Assembly: GCA_964545475.1 (NCBI GenBank)
Contig: CAZJGG010000007.1
Span: 1,103-65,102 of the forward strand
Origin: an uncultured Eubacteriales bacterium
GTDB lineage: Bacteria; Bacillota; Clostridia; Lachnospirales; JAISER01
Direction: 5' to 3'
DNA: 64,000 nucleotides
Below are positions 9,689 to 18,985 of this stretch, one piece after another (within the stretch, counting starts at the first letter, position 1; each line of letters opens with the position of its first letter). A model generated the notes under the pieces. That model was not told the origin of the DNA. It searched no databases and saw only the letters and a program-made list of their open reading frames with translations. The translations under genes and the position numbers were made by a program.

Positions 9689-9702
9689 AGGAGAAATATT
9701 AA

Positions 9703-10704
9703 ATGAGCTTTAATTTAAGAAACAGAAGTTTTTTAACACTTATGGATTTTACCACTAAAGAAATTCAACATATGCTGGATTTGGCAAAGGAACTTAAAGC
9801 CGCAAAATATGCCGGGACAGAACAACAAAAGCTTAAAGGCAAAAATATAGTTCTTCTTTTTGAAAAAGATTCTACAAGAACCCGTTGCTCATTTGAAGTT
9901 GCCGCTCTTGACCAAGGCGCTCATGTTACCTATTTAGGCCCTTCCGGAAGCCAAATGGGCAAAAAAGAATCCATTGCAGATACTGCAAGAGTTTTAGGAA
10001 GAATGTACGACGGCATTGAATATAGAGGTTATGCTCAAAAAACCGTTGAGGATTTAGCAAAATATTCAAACGTTCCAGTTTGGAACGGCTTAACAGATGC
10101 AGACCACCCAACACAAGTGCTTGCGGACTTTCTAACGGCTTACGAGCATTTAAACAAGCCATATAAAGAAATGGTGTTTGTTTATGCCGGAGACGGGCGC
10201 AACAACGTTGCAAACGCTCTTATGATTGGGGCGGCTAAAATGGGCATGGATTTTAGAATTGTCGCTCCTAAAGAATTGTTCCCGGAAGAAGAACTTTTAA
10301 CAAAATGCAAAGAGGTTTGCAAAGAAACAGGGGGCAAAATAACAATAACTGATAATGTTAAAGAGGGCGTAAAAAACGCAGACGTTATTTACACCGATGT
10401 TTGGGTATCTATGGGCGAGCCGGAATCCGTTTGGGAATCAAGAATTAAAATGCTAATGCCTTATCAAGTTAACATGGAAATGATAAAAGCGTCGGAAAAC
10501 CCGGAAGTTTTGTTTATGCACTGCTTACCTGCTTTTCATGACCTTGAAACAACAGTTGGAAAAGAAATTTACGAAAAGTTCGGTATTAAAGAGCAAGAAG
10601 TTACAGATGAAGTGTTTGAATCTAAATATTCCGTGGTTTTTGACGAAGCAGAAAACAGAATGCATACAATAAAGGCAGTTATGGTCGCAACATTAGGGCA
10701 GTAA
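9703..10704 (+). CDS. arcB: Ornithine carbamoyltransferase (catabolic context)
   Basis: [13 protein letters not shown] and HCLP motifs, 333 aa. Confidence 0.93.
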   Translation: MSFNLRNRSFLTLMDFTTKEIQHMLDLAKELKAAKYAGTEQQKLKGKNIVLLFEKDSTRTRCSFEVAALDQGAHVTYLGPSGSQMGKKESIADTARVLGRMYDGIEYRGYAQKTVEDLAKYSNVPVWNGLTDADHPTQVLADFLTAYEHLNKPYKEMVFVYAGDGRNNVANALMIGAAKMGMDFRIVAPKELFPEEELLTKCKEVCKETGGKITITDNVKEGVKNADVIYTDVWVSMGEPESVWESRIKMLMPYQVNMEMIKASENPEVLFMHCLPAFHDLETTVGKEIYEKFGIKEQEVTDEVFESKYSVVFDEAENRMHTIKAVMVATLGQ

Positions 10705-10732
10705 AGTGAACTTTAAAGAGGAGGATGTTTTT

Positions 10733-11785
10733 ATGAGGAATGTTCGGGTTGTTATATGGGGTCTTGGTGAAATGGGCAAAGGCATAGCCAAAATGATTCT
10801 AAACAAAAAAGGCATTGAAATTACTGGGGTTTGTATAAGAAATCCAGAGTCTGTAGGAAAAGAAATGCATGAATTTATGGGGGTTGAAAGAAAAGAACAT
10901 CCTGAAGTGTTTTTAACAAATAAAATTGAGGATATTGTTTCAAAGGATAAATGTGATGTTGCATTTTTATGCACCGACTCTTTTACTAAAAATGCATTTG
11001 ATAAAATTAAGCTTTGCCTTGAAAGGAAAGTTAACGTTATATCAACAGCTGAAGAGCTTGCATACCCTAAAGCACAAAGTCCAGAGCTTGCAGAACAACT
11101 AGACGAAATAGCAAAAGCTAACGGCGTAACAGTTTTAGGCACGGGCATTAATCCAGGGTTTGTCCTTGATTACTTAATTCTTGCACTTACAGGCACATGT
11201 GAAATAGTAGATTTTATTCATGCACAACGTGTAAACGACCTTTCTCCGTTTGGTCACACCGTTATGGAAGAGCAGGGCGTAGGGATTACTCCGGAAAAGT
11301 TTGAAGAAAGAATTGCCGCCGACAATTTGGCAGGGCACGTTGGCTTCCCGGAATCTATTCAAATGATTGCCGATGGCATGGGGTTAAAGCTTGATAAAAT
11401 TGAGCAAAGGAAAACACCTATTATTTCTAAAGTGGAAAGAGTAACAAAACACGTAAAAGTTGAGCCGGGTAACCTTGCAGGTATACGTCAGGAAGGCTTC
11501 GGTTATGTGGACGGCAAAGTGTACATAGAAATGGATCATCCTCAGCAAGTTCTTCCGTTTAAGGAAGGGCAGTCTACAGGGGACTATATTACAATTAGAG
11601 GTATACCAAATATCCAAGTTAAAAATTCCCCGGAAATACCAGGAGGCGTGGGAACATACGCTATGTGTGTAAATATGGTTCCTCAGGTTATTAACGCTTC
11701 CCCGGGGCTTAAAACAATGCTGGATTTGCCTGTGCCAAGGGCGATTATGGGGGATTTTAGAGATTTTATTGAGAAACTAGATTAA
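10733..11785 (+). CDS. ord: 2,4-diaminopentanoate dehydrogenase
   Basis: N-terminal GLGEMGKG Rossmann motif. Its size and its position directly upstream of ortA-ortB-oraS-oraE match the ornithine cluster described in Clostridium sticklandii. Start set at ATG 10733 (GGAGGA RBS). Confidence 0.8.
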   Translation: MRNVRVVIWGLGEMGKGIAKMILNKKGIEITGVCIRNPESVGKEMHEFMGVERKEHPEVFLTNKIEDIVSKDKCDVAFLCTDSFTKNAFDKIKLCLERKVNVISTAEELAYPKAQSPELAEQLDEIAKANGVTVLGTGINPGFVLDYLILALTGTCEIVDFIHAQRVNDLSPFGHTVMEEQGVGITPEKFEERIAADNLAGHVGFPESIQMIADGMGLKLDKIEQRKTPIISKVERVTKHVKVEPGNLAGIRQEGFGYVDGKVYIEMDHPQQVLPFKEGQSTGDYITIRGIPNIQVKNSPEIPGGVGTYAMCVNMVPQVINASPGLKTMLDLPVPRAIMGDFRDFIEKLD

Positions 11786-11797
11786 AAGTTTGATTAA

Positions 11798-11823
11798 AAG
11801 GGGAAGCTTAAAAGTTTCCCCTT
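11798..11823 (+). other. Intra-operon hairpin between ord and ortA
   Basis: AAGGGGAA-N10-TTCCCCTT with no T-tract. Possible processing or attenuation site. Confidence 0.3.
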
Positions 11824-11851
11824 AAAGTTATAGGTTTAAGGGGGTTAAACA

Positions 11852-12151
11852 ATGGTTGCAAAAAAAGGGCAGCATGTGCAAATTCACAATATTGTTTTAA
11901 AGCCAGAGGAACGAGCGCCCCAAGTGCCCGAGGATACTAAAAAAGTTCCACTGGAAATGTGGGTTAAAGGGACAATACTTTCAGATTGTGAAATTGGCAA
12001 CGAGTGTGAAATAGAGACATCGACAGGTAGAATTGTAAAAGGGGTTTTAGCAGAAATTGAGCCGCCTTATACCCACGATTTTGGCAATTATGTAGAAGAA
12101 CTAAACATTGTGGGCAGGCAGGTGAAAAAAGAATTATGGGGGGCGCAGTAA
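11852..12151 (+). CDS. ortA: 2-amino-4-ketopentanoate thiolase alpha subunit
   Basis: 99 aa small subunit immediately upstream of the PLP subunit. Assigned from synteny with the known cluster. Confidence 0.8.
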   Translation: MVAKKGQHVQIHNIVLKPEERAPQVPEDTKKVPLEMWVKGTILSDCEIGNECEIETSTGRIVKGVLAEIEPPYTHDFGNYVEELNIVGRQVKKELWGAQ

Positions 12152-12152
12152 A

Positions 12153-13562
12153 ATGGATATGTCTTACGGCGCAGTAATGGCACGTAGAAACGAAATAATG
12201 AAGAAAGCTATCGGAATGGATTATTCCGTTTTTGAATCAGGCTCGATTGGTTTTGATTATGAGAAGATGATGTCGGAGCTTGGATATTCTATAGATGAAA
12301 TAATAAAGATTCAAACAGAGGTTCACGTTGGTAATACACCTGTTATAGAACTAAGAAACATTACAGCCCTTGCCAGAAAAACATCTAAAACAGGAAAAGC
12401 CGCCAGAATTTTTATAAAAGACGAGGCGTGTAACCCGTCTGGGAGTTTTAAAGCAAGAAGAGCGGCAAACGCTGTTTATCATGCTAAAAAAATGGGATAC
12501 AAAGGGGTTATTGCCGCAACAAGCGGAAATTACGGCGCGGCGGTTGCAAGCCAGGCGGCAATGCAAGGTTTAAAATGTATAGTTATACAGGAATGCTACG
12601 ATTCCAAAAAAGTCGGCCAGCCGGAAATTTTGGAAAAACAAAGGGCTTGCGAGGCTTTGGGGGCGGAGGTTATTCAGCTTTCCGTAGGACCGGAGCTGTT
12701 TTACACTTTCCTTTGTTTATTGGAAGAAACGGGTTATTTCAACGCTTCCCTATATACTCCTTTTGGCATTGCAGGGGTTGAAACTCTAGGGTATGAACTT
12801 GCCAATCAATTCAGAACAAAGTTTAATAAATTGCCGGATGCTGTTGTTATTACTCATGCCGGAGGGGGCAATGTTACCGGAACGGCAAGGGGATTAATTA
12901 AATCAAACGCCGGAGGGGTTAAAATTATTGGGGCTTCTGTGGATTTATCCGGGCTTCATATGGCTTCCGACACGGCGTTTAACAGAAAGTCCTTTACTAC
13001 AGGGCATACAGGCTTTGGAATACCTTTTGCCACATGGCCGGATCGTTCAGACGTTCCCCGAAACGCCGCAAGAAGTTTGCGGTATTTAGACCAATACGTC
13101 CTTGTAAAGCAAGGGGAAGTATTTTATATGACAGAAGCCCTTGCCGCTCTTGAAGGGCTTGAAAGAGGACCGGCCGGAAACACATCTTTAACGGCGGCCT
13201 TTGCTTTAGCACAGCAAATGGAAAACGAGCAAATGATTGTAGTGCAGGAAACGGAATACACAGGGGCAGGTAAACATTCTATGCCACAGCTTTCTTTTGC
13301 AAAGCAAAACGGCGTAAATGTTATGTTTGGAAACCCGGACGAAGAAGAACCGGGGAAAAATATAATTATTCCGAAAGACCCATCGTACATAAAAGCGAGA
13401 GATTTTGATCTTAATAAGGCAAGAAAGTCATACATTAAAAATTGTATTACTAATTATAACATAACAACGGAAGTTTGCGAAAGTGACATTAAATTTTTAG
13501 CGGAGGAAACGAAGACTAATATAAATTTTGTAAGAAGTTGTTTGAAAGAGATAAAGGGTTAG
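12153..13562 (+). CDS. ortB: 2-amino-4-ketopentanoate thiolase beta subunit (PLP-dependent)
   Basis: Tryptophan-synthase-beta-fold features (SGSFKARRA lysine motif), 469 aa, 1-nt gap after ortA. Confidence 0.82.
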   Translation: MDMSYGAVMARRNEIMKKAIGMDYSVFESGSIGFDYEKMMSELGYSIDEIIKIQTEVHVGNTPVIELRNITALARKTSKTGKAARIFIKDEACNPSGSFKARRAANAVYHAKKMGYKGVIAATSGNYGAAVASQAAMQGLKCIVIQECYDSKKVGQPEILEKQRACEALGAEVIQLSVGPELFYTFLCLLEETGYFNASLYTPFGIAGVETLGYELANQFRTKFNKLPDAVVITHAGGGNVTGTARGLIKSNAGGVKIIGASVDLSGLHMASDTAFNRKSFTTGHTGFGIPFATWPDRSDVPRNAARSLRYLDQYVLVKQGEVFYMTEALAALEGLERGPAGNTSLTAAFALAQQMENEQMIVVQETEYTGAGKHSMPQLSFAKQNGVNVMFGNPDEEEPGKNIIIPKDPSYIKARDFDLNKARKSYIKNCITNYNITTEVCESDIKFLAEETKTNINFVRSCLKEIKG

Positions 13563-13572
13563 GGGGATTTTT

Positions 13573-13923
13573 ATGAAAAGGCAGGATGATTACGAGCAAA
13601 GGCGAGAACACCTTAAAGATCTAACAGACGAGCAGCTTTATGAAAGGTTTTGGGAGCTTGCGGAAAAGCTTGTTGAACCTATGCTTGAAATGGGTTATAA
13701 AAACACAACCCCATCTGTTGAGAGAAGTATTCTTTTAAGAATGGGCTTTTCAAGCGTAGAGGTTAAGCCTATTGTTGAGGGTGTAATAAAAAAGGGGCTT
13801 ATGGGTAAAGGCTGTGGCAACGTTGTTTGGCGTTTGGCGCAAAAGAAAGGTGTTTCCGTAAGGGAAGCGGGTTTGCTTTTAGCAGACGGCAAAGAGTGGG
13901 ATACTGTTGAGGGCTTGTTTTAA
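13573..13923 (+). CDS. oraS: D-ornithine 4,5-aminomutase S subunit
   Basis: 116-aa subunit preceding the B12-binding E subunit. Confidence 0.85.
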   Translation: MKRQDDYEQRREHLKDLTDEQLYERFWELAEKLVEPMLEMGYKNTTPSVERSILLRMGFSSVEVKPIVEGVIKKGLMGKGCGNVVWRLAQKKGVSVREAGLLLADGKEWDTVEGLF

Positions 13924-13940
13924 TTGGGGGGATTGAGGTT

Positions 13941-16136
13941 ATGTTAGAGCCTAATAAAAAGCTTAATATAAAGGAAATACTAAAAGATTTGGACAGATAC
14001 GCCCCGAAGCGTAAGGGTTGGCATTGGCGTGAGGGGAGAAATGAAAAGCGAATTATCGGGGATTTTGAATATTTTCAAGCATCGAAAGAGCTTGAAAATT
14101 ATATACCAATACCCGGAAGCAGAGGTTTTGGCAACATAGACCCTCAGCCGGACTGTGTTATAACAACGGAAATAGCTTCCGGTCGCTTTGAAGACGACAT
14201 TCGCCGTATGAGAATGGCAGCATGGTGCGGAGCGGATCATATAATGGTTATAAGAACGGCAGGACAGTCTCATTATGATTCTCTTATAGAGGGGACTCCC
14301 CAAGGCATTGGCGGCATTACAGTAACAAGAAAACAAATAAGAGCCACAAGAAAAGCCCTTGACTTAATTGAGGAAGAGGTTGGCAGACCTATTAACTTCC
14401 ATTCATACATATCCGGGGTTGCAGGGCCTGATATTGCTGTAATGTTTGCAGAAGAGGGCGTAAACGGCGCACATCAAGACCCACAATACAATGTTTTATA
14501 CAGAAATATTAATATGGTTAGAAGCTTTGTAGATGCTTGCGAAGCTAAAGCTATTATAAAATGGGCAGATATTTTGCAAATTGACGGCGCACATAACGCC
14601 AACGCAACAGCTATGAAAGCTTGGAAAGTAAGACCTGAATTAATGGTTCAGCACGCCATTAACTGCATATTTTCAAGAAAAATCGGGATTAACCCGGAAA
14701 ATATCGCTCTTTCTACAGTACCACCTACATCTCCTCCTGCTCCTTGTATGCGCATAGATTTGCCTTATGCAGTTGCCCTTAGAGATTTTTTCAGAGATTA
14801 CAAAATGCGTGCCCAACAGCATACAAAATATATGGAATCTGACATGAGGGAAGCAACTGTTACACATACTCTTAATCTTATGATTTCAAGGCTTACAAGC
14901 GCTGATGTTCAGTCCACAATAACCCCAGACGAGGGCAGAAATGTTCCGTGGCATTATAATAACATTGCCGCAATTCAAACCGCAAAACAGGCTCTTAACG
15001 GCATGGACGGACTTAGCGATATGGTTAAGTTAGACAGAGACGGTGTTTTAGGGCAGGAAGTAAGGGAGCTTAAAGAGAGGGCAGTTCTTTTTATGGAAGA
15101 AATGCTTGAAGCCGGAGGGTATTTTAAGGCAGTTGAAGACGGATTTTTCATAGACAGCGGATATTATCCTGAAAGAAACGGCGACGGCATTCCACGCCTT
15201 ATTAACGACGGAATCGGCGTAGGCATGATTTTTGAACGTGACGAAGATTATTTCGCTCCTGTTTCCGAACATTACGGCTATAACAACGTACCGAAACAGT
15301 TTGCAAAAGCTTCCGATGCAATCGGAGGGGATACATTTGAAGACAGATCTAAAATTGTATATATTGACGAGCTTGACGAATTTGACAACGTTAATACAAG
15401 GCTTAAAGATGTAGAAAAATATTTTGAATCAGAAATTATAAGGCCGGAGGTTGAATGGACAGCTGACGGAATTGTATGTACAACAATTTTCCTGCCTGTA
15501 GACGAACGCACCGCCGAATTTGCGGCAATTAAATGCGGTGAAAAAATGGGGCTGGAGGACGTTACTGTTGTGCATAAGCAAAAAATGCATCCATCAGAGG
15601 GAACTCTTGTAGAAATTAAAGGAAAAGTAAGTTTTGATATAAATTTAAATGAGCTTGTAATTCCTAAAAAAGTGCCAGTTCTTTCAGAAACGGAAATTAG
15701 GGAAGATATTGAAAAAACACCAATGCTTGTTGTTGCCGGAACTGTAGGCAACGACGAACATTCCGTAGGTTTAAAGGAAACTTTAGATATAAAACATGGG
15801 GGCATTGAAAAATTCGGCATTAAATATATTTATTTAGGAACAAGTGTTCCTCTTGAAAAAATGGTAGATGCGGCTATTGAAGCAAACGCCGATGCAATTT
15901 TAATTTCAACAATAATCACCCATGACGACATTCATACTAAAAACATGGCAAAGCTTCACCAATTATGTGTTGAAAAAGGGGTAAGAGAAAAATTTATGCT
16001 TGTTTGCGGTGGAACACAGGTTACTAATGAAGTTGCTCTTGAAGCAGATATGGATGCAGGTTTTGGCAGAGGAACAAAAGGCATAGATGTTGCCAGCTTT
16101 TTAGTTAAGAAAAGAAGGGAAAAATCATGCATTTAG
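13941..16136 (+). CDS. oraE: D-ornithine 4,5-aminomutase E subunit (PLP/B12)
   Basis: 731 aa. C-terminal cobalamin-binding region (VVAGTVGNDEHSVGL has the DxHxxG-type motif). Confidence 0.88.
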   Translation: MLEPNKKLNIKEILKDLDRYAPKRKGWHWREGRNEKRIIGDFEYFQASKELENYIPIPGSRGFGNIDPQPDCVITTEIASGRFEDDIRRMRMAAWCGADHIMVIRTAGQSHYDSLIEGTPQGIGGITVTRKQIRATRKALDLIEEEVGRPINFHSYISGVAGPDIAVMFAEEGVNGAHQDPQYNVLYRNINMVRSFVDACEAKAIIKWADILQIDGAHNANATAMKAWKVRPELMVQHAINCIFSRKIGINPENIALSTVPPTSPPAPCMRIDLPYAVALRDFFRDYKMRAQQHTKYMESDMREATVTHTLNLMISRLTSADVQSTITPDEGRNVPWHYNNIAAIQTAKQALNGMDGLSDMVKLDRDGVLGQEVRELKERAVLFMEEMLEAGGYFKAVEDGFFIDSGYYPERNGDGIPRLINDGIGVGMIFERDEDYFAPVSEHYGYNNVPKQFAKASDAIGGDTFEDRSKIVYIDELDEFDNVNTRLKDVEKYFESEIIRPEVEWTADGIVCTTIFLPVDERTAEFAAIKCGEKMGLEDVTVVHKQKMHPSEGTLVEIKGKVSFDINLNELVIPKKVPVLSETEIREDIEKTPMLVVAGTVGNDEHSVGLKETLDIKHGGIEKFGIKYIYLGTSVPLEKMVDAAIEANADAILISTIITHDDIHTKNMAKLHQLCVEKGVREKFMLVCGGTQVTNEVALEADMDAGFGRGTKGIDVASFLVKKRREKSCI

Positions 16137-17488
16137 ACGTATTGGTTGCGGAAATTGGCAGTACAACAACGGTAGTTAATGGGTTTAACGGCATAAATAC
16201 AAAAAGCCCTTGTTTTGTTGGAGGGGGGCAGGCGGCGACTACGGTTTTACAAGGAGATGTAACGATCGGTTTGCAAAACGCTATAAAGACCCTTTGCAAA
16301 AAGCTTAATACGCAAGAAATCACTTGGGACAAAATGTTAGCCACATCTTCTGCAGCAGGTGGGCTTAAAATGAGTGTACATGGGCTTGTATATGATATGA
16401 CTGTTAGGGCGGCAAGAGAAGCCGCCCTTGGCGCAGGGGGAATTTTACGTTTTGTTACAGCCGGAAAGCTTAAACGGACGGATATTTTAAAAGTAAAAGA
16501 AGTTAAACCCAACATTATTTTAGTTGCCGGAGGTGTTGATTACGGCGAACGTGACACCGCCCTTGAAAACTTTGAAAAACTGGCAGATGCTTGCCCGGAA
16601 ATTCCGTTTATATACGCCGGAAACATTCAAAACCATGATGAAATAAGGCTTATTGCAGAAGAGAAAAATATAAATGTTCATATAGTTAACAATGTATACC
16701 CGAAAGTTGACGTTTTAGACGTTGAACCAACAAGAGAGGTTATTCAAAATGTGTTTGAGGAGCATATTGTTCACGCTCCCGGCATGAATAAACTGCGAAC
16801 AATGATTAACGGAAAAATTATGCCAACACCCGGGGCAGTTATGGAATGCGCTAAGCTTTTAAACCAAGTACTAGGGGATTGCGTTGTGTTTGACGTTGGT
16901 GGCGCAACAACGGATATACATTCGGTAACACAAGGTTCAACGGAGATAAACGACATTTTATTAAGCCCTGAACCGTTTGCCAAAAGAACTGTGGAAGGAG
17001 ACTTGGGGGTTTTTGTAAACATTCCCCACATTGTTGAAAAAATAGGCATTGAGGAACTTGAAAAATCGTTTCCAAACGCAAAAGAGCTTATTGAAAATGC
17101 TAAGCCTATTCCAGAAACAGATGAGGAAAACCGGTTTATTGAACGGTTGACGGAGTTTGCGGTGTTAACGGCGCTGGAGCGACACGTCGGGCGGCTTGTG
17201 GATATTTACGGCCCAACAGGCAAAAAAACAATGGCTACCGGCAAAGACCTTACAGCGGTTAAATATATTGTAGGCACAGGAGGGGCACTTACACGGCTTC
17301 CAAACAGAACCGGCATAATGGAAAAGTGCATTGAGCCAAACAAAAGCCCAAGACTTTCTCCACGAAGTGGCGCAAAAGTTTTAGTAGACAATTTTTATAT
17401 TATGGCTTCTCTTGGGGTTTTATCTTTTGTAGACAGAGAAACAGCAGCTAACCTTTTAAACCAAAGTTTGGCAGGAGGGGAAATATGA
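16127..17488 (+). CDS. Glutamate mutase MutL-like protein, candidate aminomutase reactivase
   Basis: N-terminal LVAEIGSTTTVV ATPase-like motif. Overlaps oraE by 10 nt and orr by 4 nt. Same position as in the described ornithine cluster. Confidence 0.7.
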   Translation: MHLDVLVAEIGSTTTVVNGFNGINTKSPCFVGGGQAATTVLQGDVTIGLQNAIKTLCKKLNTQEITWDKMLATSSAAGGLKMSVHGLVYDMTVRAAREAALGAGGILRFVTAGKLKRTDILKVKEVKPNIILVAGGVDYGERDTALENFEKLADACPEIPFIYAGNIQNHDEIRLIAEEKNINVHIVNNVYPKVDVLDVEPTREVIQNVFEEHIVHAPGMNKLRTMINGKIMPTPGAVMECAKLLNQVLGDCVVFDVGGATTDIHSVTQGSTEINDILLSPEPFAKRTVEGDLGVFVNIPHIVEKIGIEELEKSFPNAKELIENAKPIPETDEENRFIERLTEFAVLTALERHVGRLVDIYGPTGKKTMATGKDLTAVKYIVGTGGALTRLPNRTGIMEKCIEPNKSPRLSPRSGAKVLVDNFYIMASLGVLSFVDRETAANLLNQSLAGGEI

Positions 17489-18546
17489 AATATCCTGCAT
17501 TAATAATCAATAGGCAGAAGCTTAAAGAAAATGTAGAGAGAGTCGTTGAGATGTGCCGAAAGGCAGGAATTGAGCCTTGCGCCGTTGTAAAATGTCTGTG
17601 CGCAATACCGGAAATTACCCAAATTTATGTTGAGGCCGGAATAAAAGCCCTTGCAGATTCAAGAATTGATAACTTAAAGAAAATTCCTTACGCCGGAATA
17701 AAAAAGTGGCTTTTAAGAATCCCAATGTTATCAGAAATTAAAGATGTGGCTCTTTACGCAGATGTTTCTCTTAATTCTGAAATAGAAACTGTTAAGGCAC
17801 TGTCCGAAGAAGCTGAGAAAATAGGCAAAAAAGCAGGGGTTGTGTTAATGGTAGACCTTGGGGACTTGCGAGAAGGAGTTTTAGCAGAAGATGCCGTTGA
17901 GACCGCCGTAGAAATCTCAAAGCTTAAAGGCATTGAATTTTTGGGGGTTGGAACAAATTTAAACTGTTATGGCTCAATAATTCCCACAACGGAGAATTTA
18001 AAGGTTTTAACAGGTATTGCAAAGCAAATTGAGGAAAAACTTAATAAAAGGCTTCAAATAATTTCCGGCGGAAATTCCGGCTCTATTCATTTAATTAGCA
18101 ACGGAATTATGCCTAAAGAAATAAATAATTTACGTATCGGAGAAACAATTCTATTAGGTAATGAAACATCATACCAAAAGCATATTGAAAACTTGCATAC
18201 AGATGTTTTCCGTTTTGATGCCCAAATAATTGAGCTTAAAACAAAGCCTTCACTTCCCTTTGGAGAATCCGGGTTAAACTCATTTGGTGAAAAAGTCTAT
18301 TATGAAGACAAAGGGCTGATGAAGCGTGCTATTATCGCTTGCGGAAGGCAAGATGTAGATGGGGATAAAATTTCTCCTGTTGACGAAAGCATACAAGTTA
18401 TTGGATACTCAAGTGACCATATGATAGTAGATATTACCAACGCCAAAAGTGAATATCACCTTGGAAACACTATAAGTTTTAACGTAACATACGGAGGGTT
18501 GCTTTCTCTTTGTACCTCAGAGTATGTTTTAAAGGCGGTAGAATAA
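17485..18546 (+). CDS. orr: Ornithine racemase (alanine racemase N-terminal fold)
   Basis: 353 aa, PLP-lysine context CAVVKC. Last gene of the ornithine cluster. Confidence 0.78.
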   Translation: MKYPALIINRQKLKENVERVVEMCRKAGIEPCAVVKCLCAIPEITQIYVEAGIKALADSRIDNLKKIPYAGIKKWLLRIPMLSEIKDVALYADVSLNSEIETVKALSEEAEKIGKKAGVVLMVDLGDLREGVLAEDAVETAVEISKLKGIEFLGVGTNLNCYGSIIPTTENLKVLTGIAKQIEEKLNKRLQIISGGNSGSIHLISNGIMPKEINNLRIGETILLGNETSYQKHIENLHTDVFRFDAQIIELKTKPSLPFGESGLNSFGEKVYYEDKGLMKRAIIACGRQDVDGDKISPVDESIQVIGYSSDHMIVDITNAKSEYHLGNTISFNVTYGGLLSLCTSEYVLKAVE

Positions 18547-18582
18547 AAATTACTAAATACTTTCCTGATTAAATTGTTTTTA

Positions 18583-18611
18583 TTGACATAAACGATATTT
18601 TATGACATAAT
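18583..18611 (+). promoter_or_regulatory. Sigma-A-like promoter
   Basis: TTGACA, 17 nt spacer, CATAAT. Confidence 0.55.
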
Positions 18612-18628
18612 ACTATTACTTTTAATAT

Positions 18629-18735
18629 AACGTAAGTTGGACGAAGTGGAAAGCCGCTTTAACGGCTTATTGCGAAGCAATTCTAATGTTATAAGCGATA
18701 ATTGTGGTGGTTTTTCACAAATTATGGGAAAAAAT
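18629..18735. repeat. MITE family C, copy C3 (partial, reverse orientation)
   Basis: AACGTAAGTTGGACGAAGTGGAAAGCCGCTTTAACGGCTTATTGCGAAGCAATTCTAATGTTATAAGCG aligns base-for-base with the reverse complement of 36700-36814. The distal end has diverged. Confidence 0.65.
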
Positions 18736-18769
18736 TAAAGATAGTAAAACAAAAAAGAGGAGAGTTTTT

Positions 18770-18970
18770 GTGTCAAAGAAAGAATCTGAATTTGAACGCT
18801 ACGATAGAATGAAAAAATTCGAGCGTGAAACTGAAGTTCTGAAGCGTAAATCATTTTATGAAGAAGAAGATGAAGGAAAGACTGTCGCTAAAATTCGGAC
18901 GAACAGTGGTTCAAAAAAAGGCAGGGGAAAAGGTTACGAAAAAGTATTGGAAGAAGAGTTTGCGTATTAA
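18770..18970 (+). CDS. Hypothetical small Lys/Glu-rich protein
   Basis: GTG start 5 nt after AGAGGAGAG, 66 aa. The track ORF 18704 start lacks an RBS and lies inside the MITE-derived leader. Confidence 0.4.
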   Translation: MSKKESEFERYDRMKKFERETEVLKRKSFYEEEDEGKTVAKIRTNSGSKKGRGKGYEKVLEEEFAY

Positions 18971-18985
18971 ATTGGAGATGATTGC

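Noticed and set aside
10693-16515. Minus-strand ORFs 10693..11148, 15278..15820 and 16105..16515 inside the ornithine operon
   Set aside because: They are antisense to genes with strong family motifs. Their Ser/Thr/Pro-rich translations are artefactual and they have no RBS.
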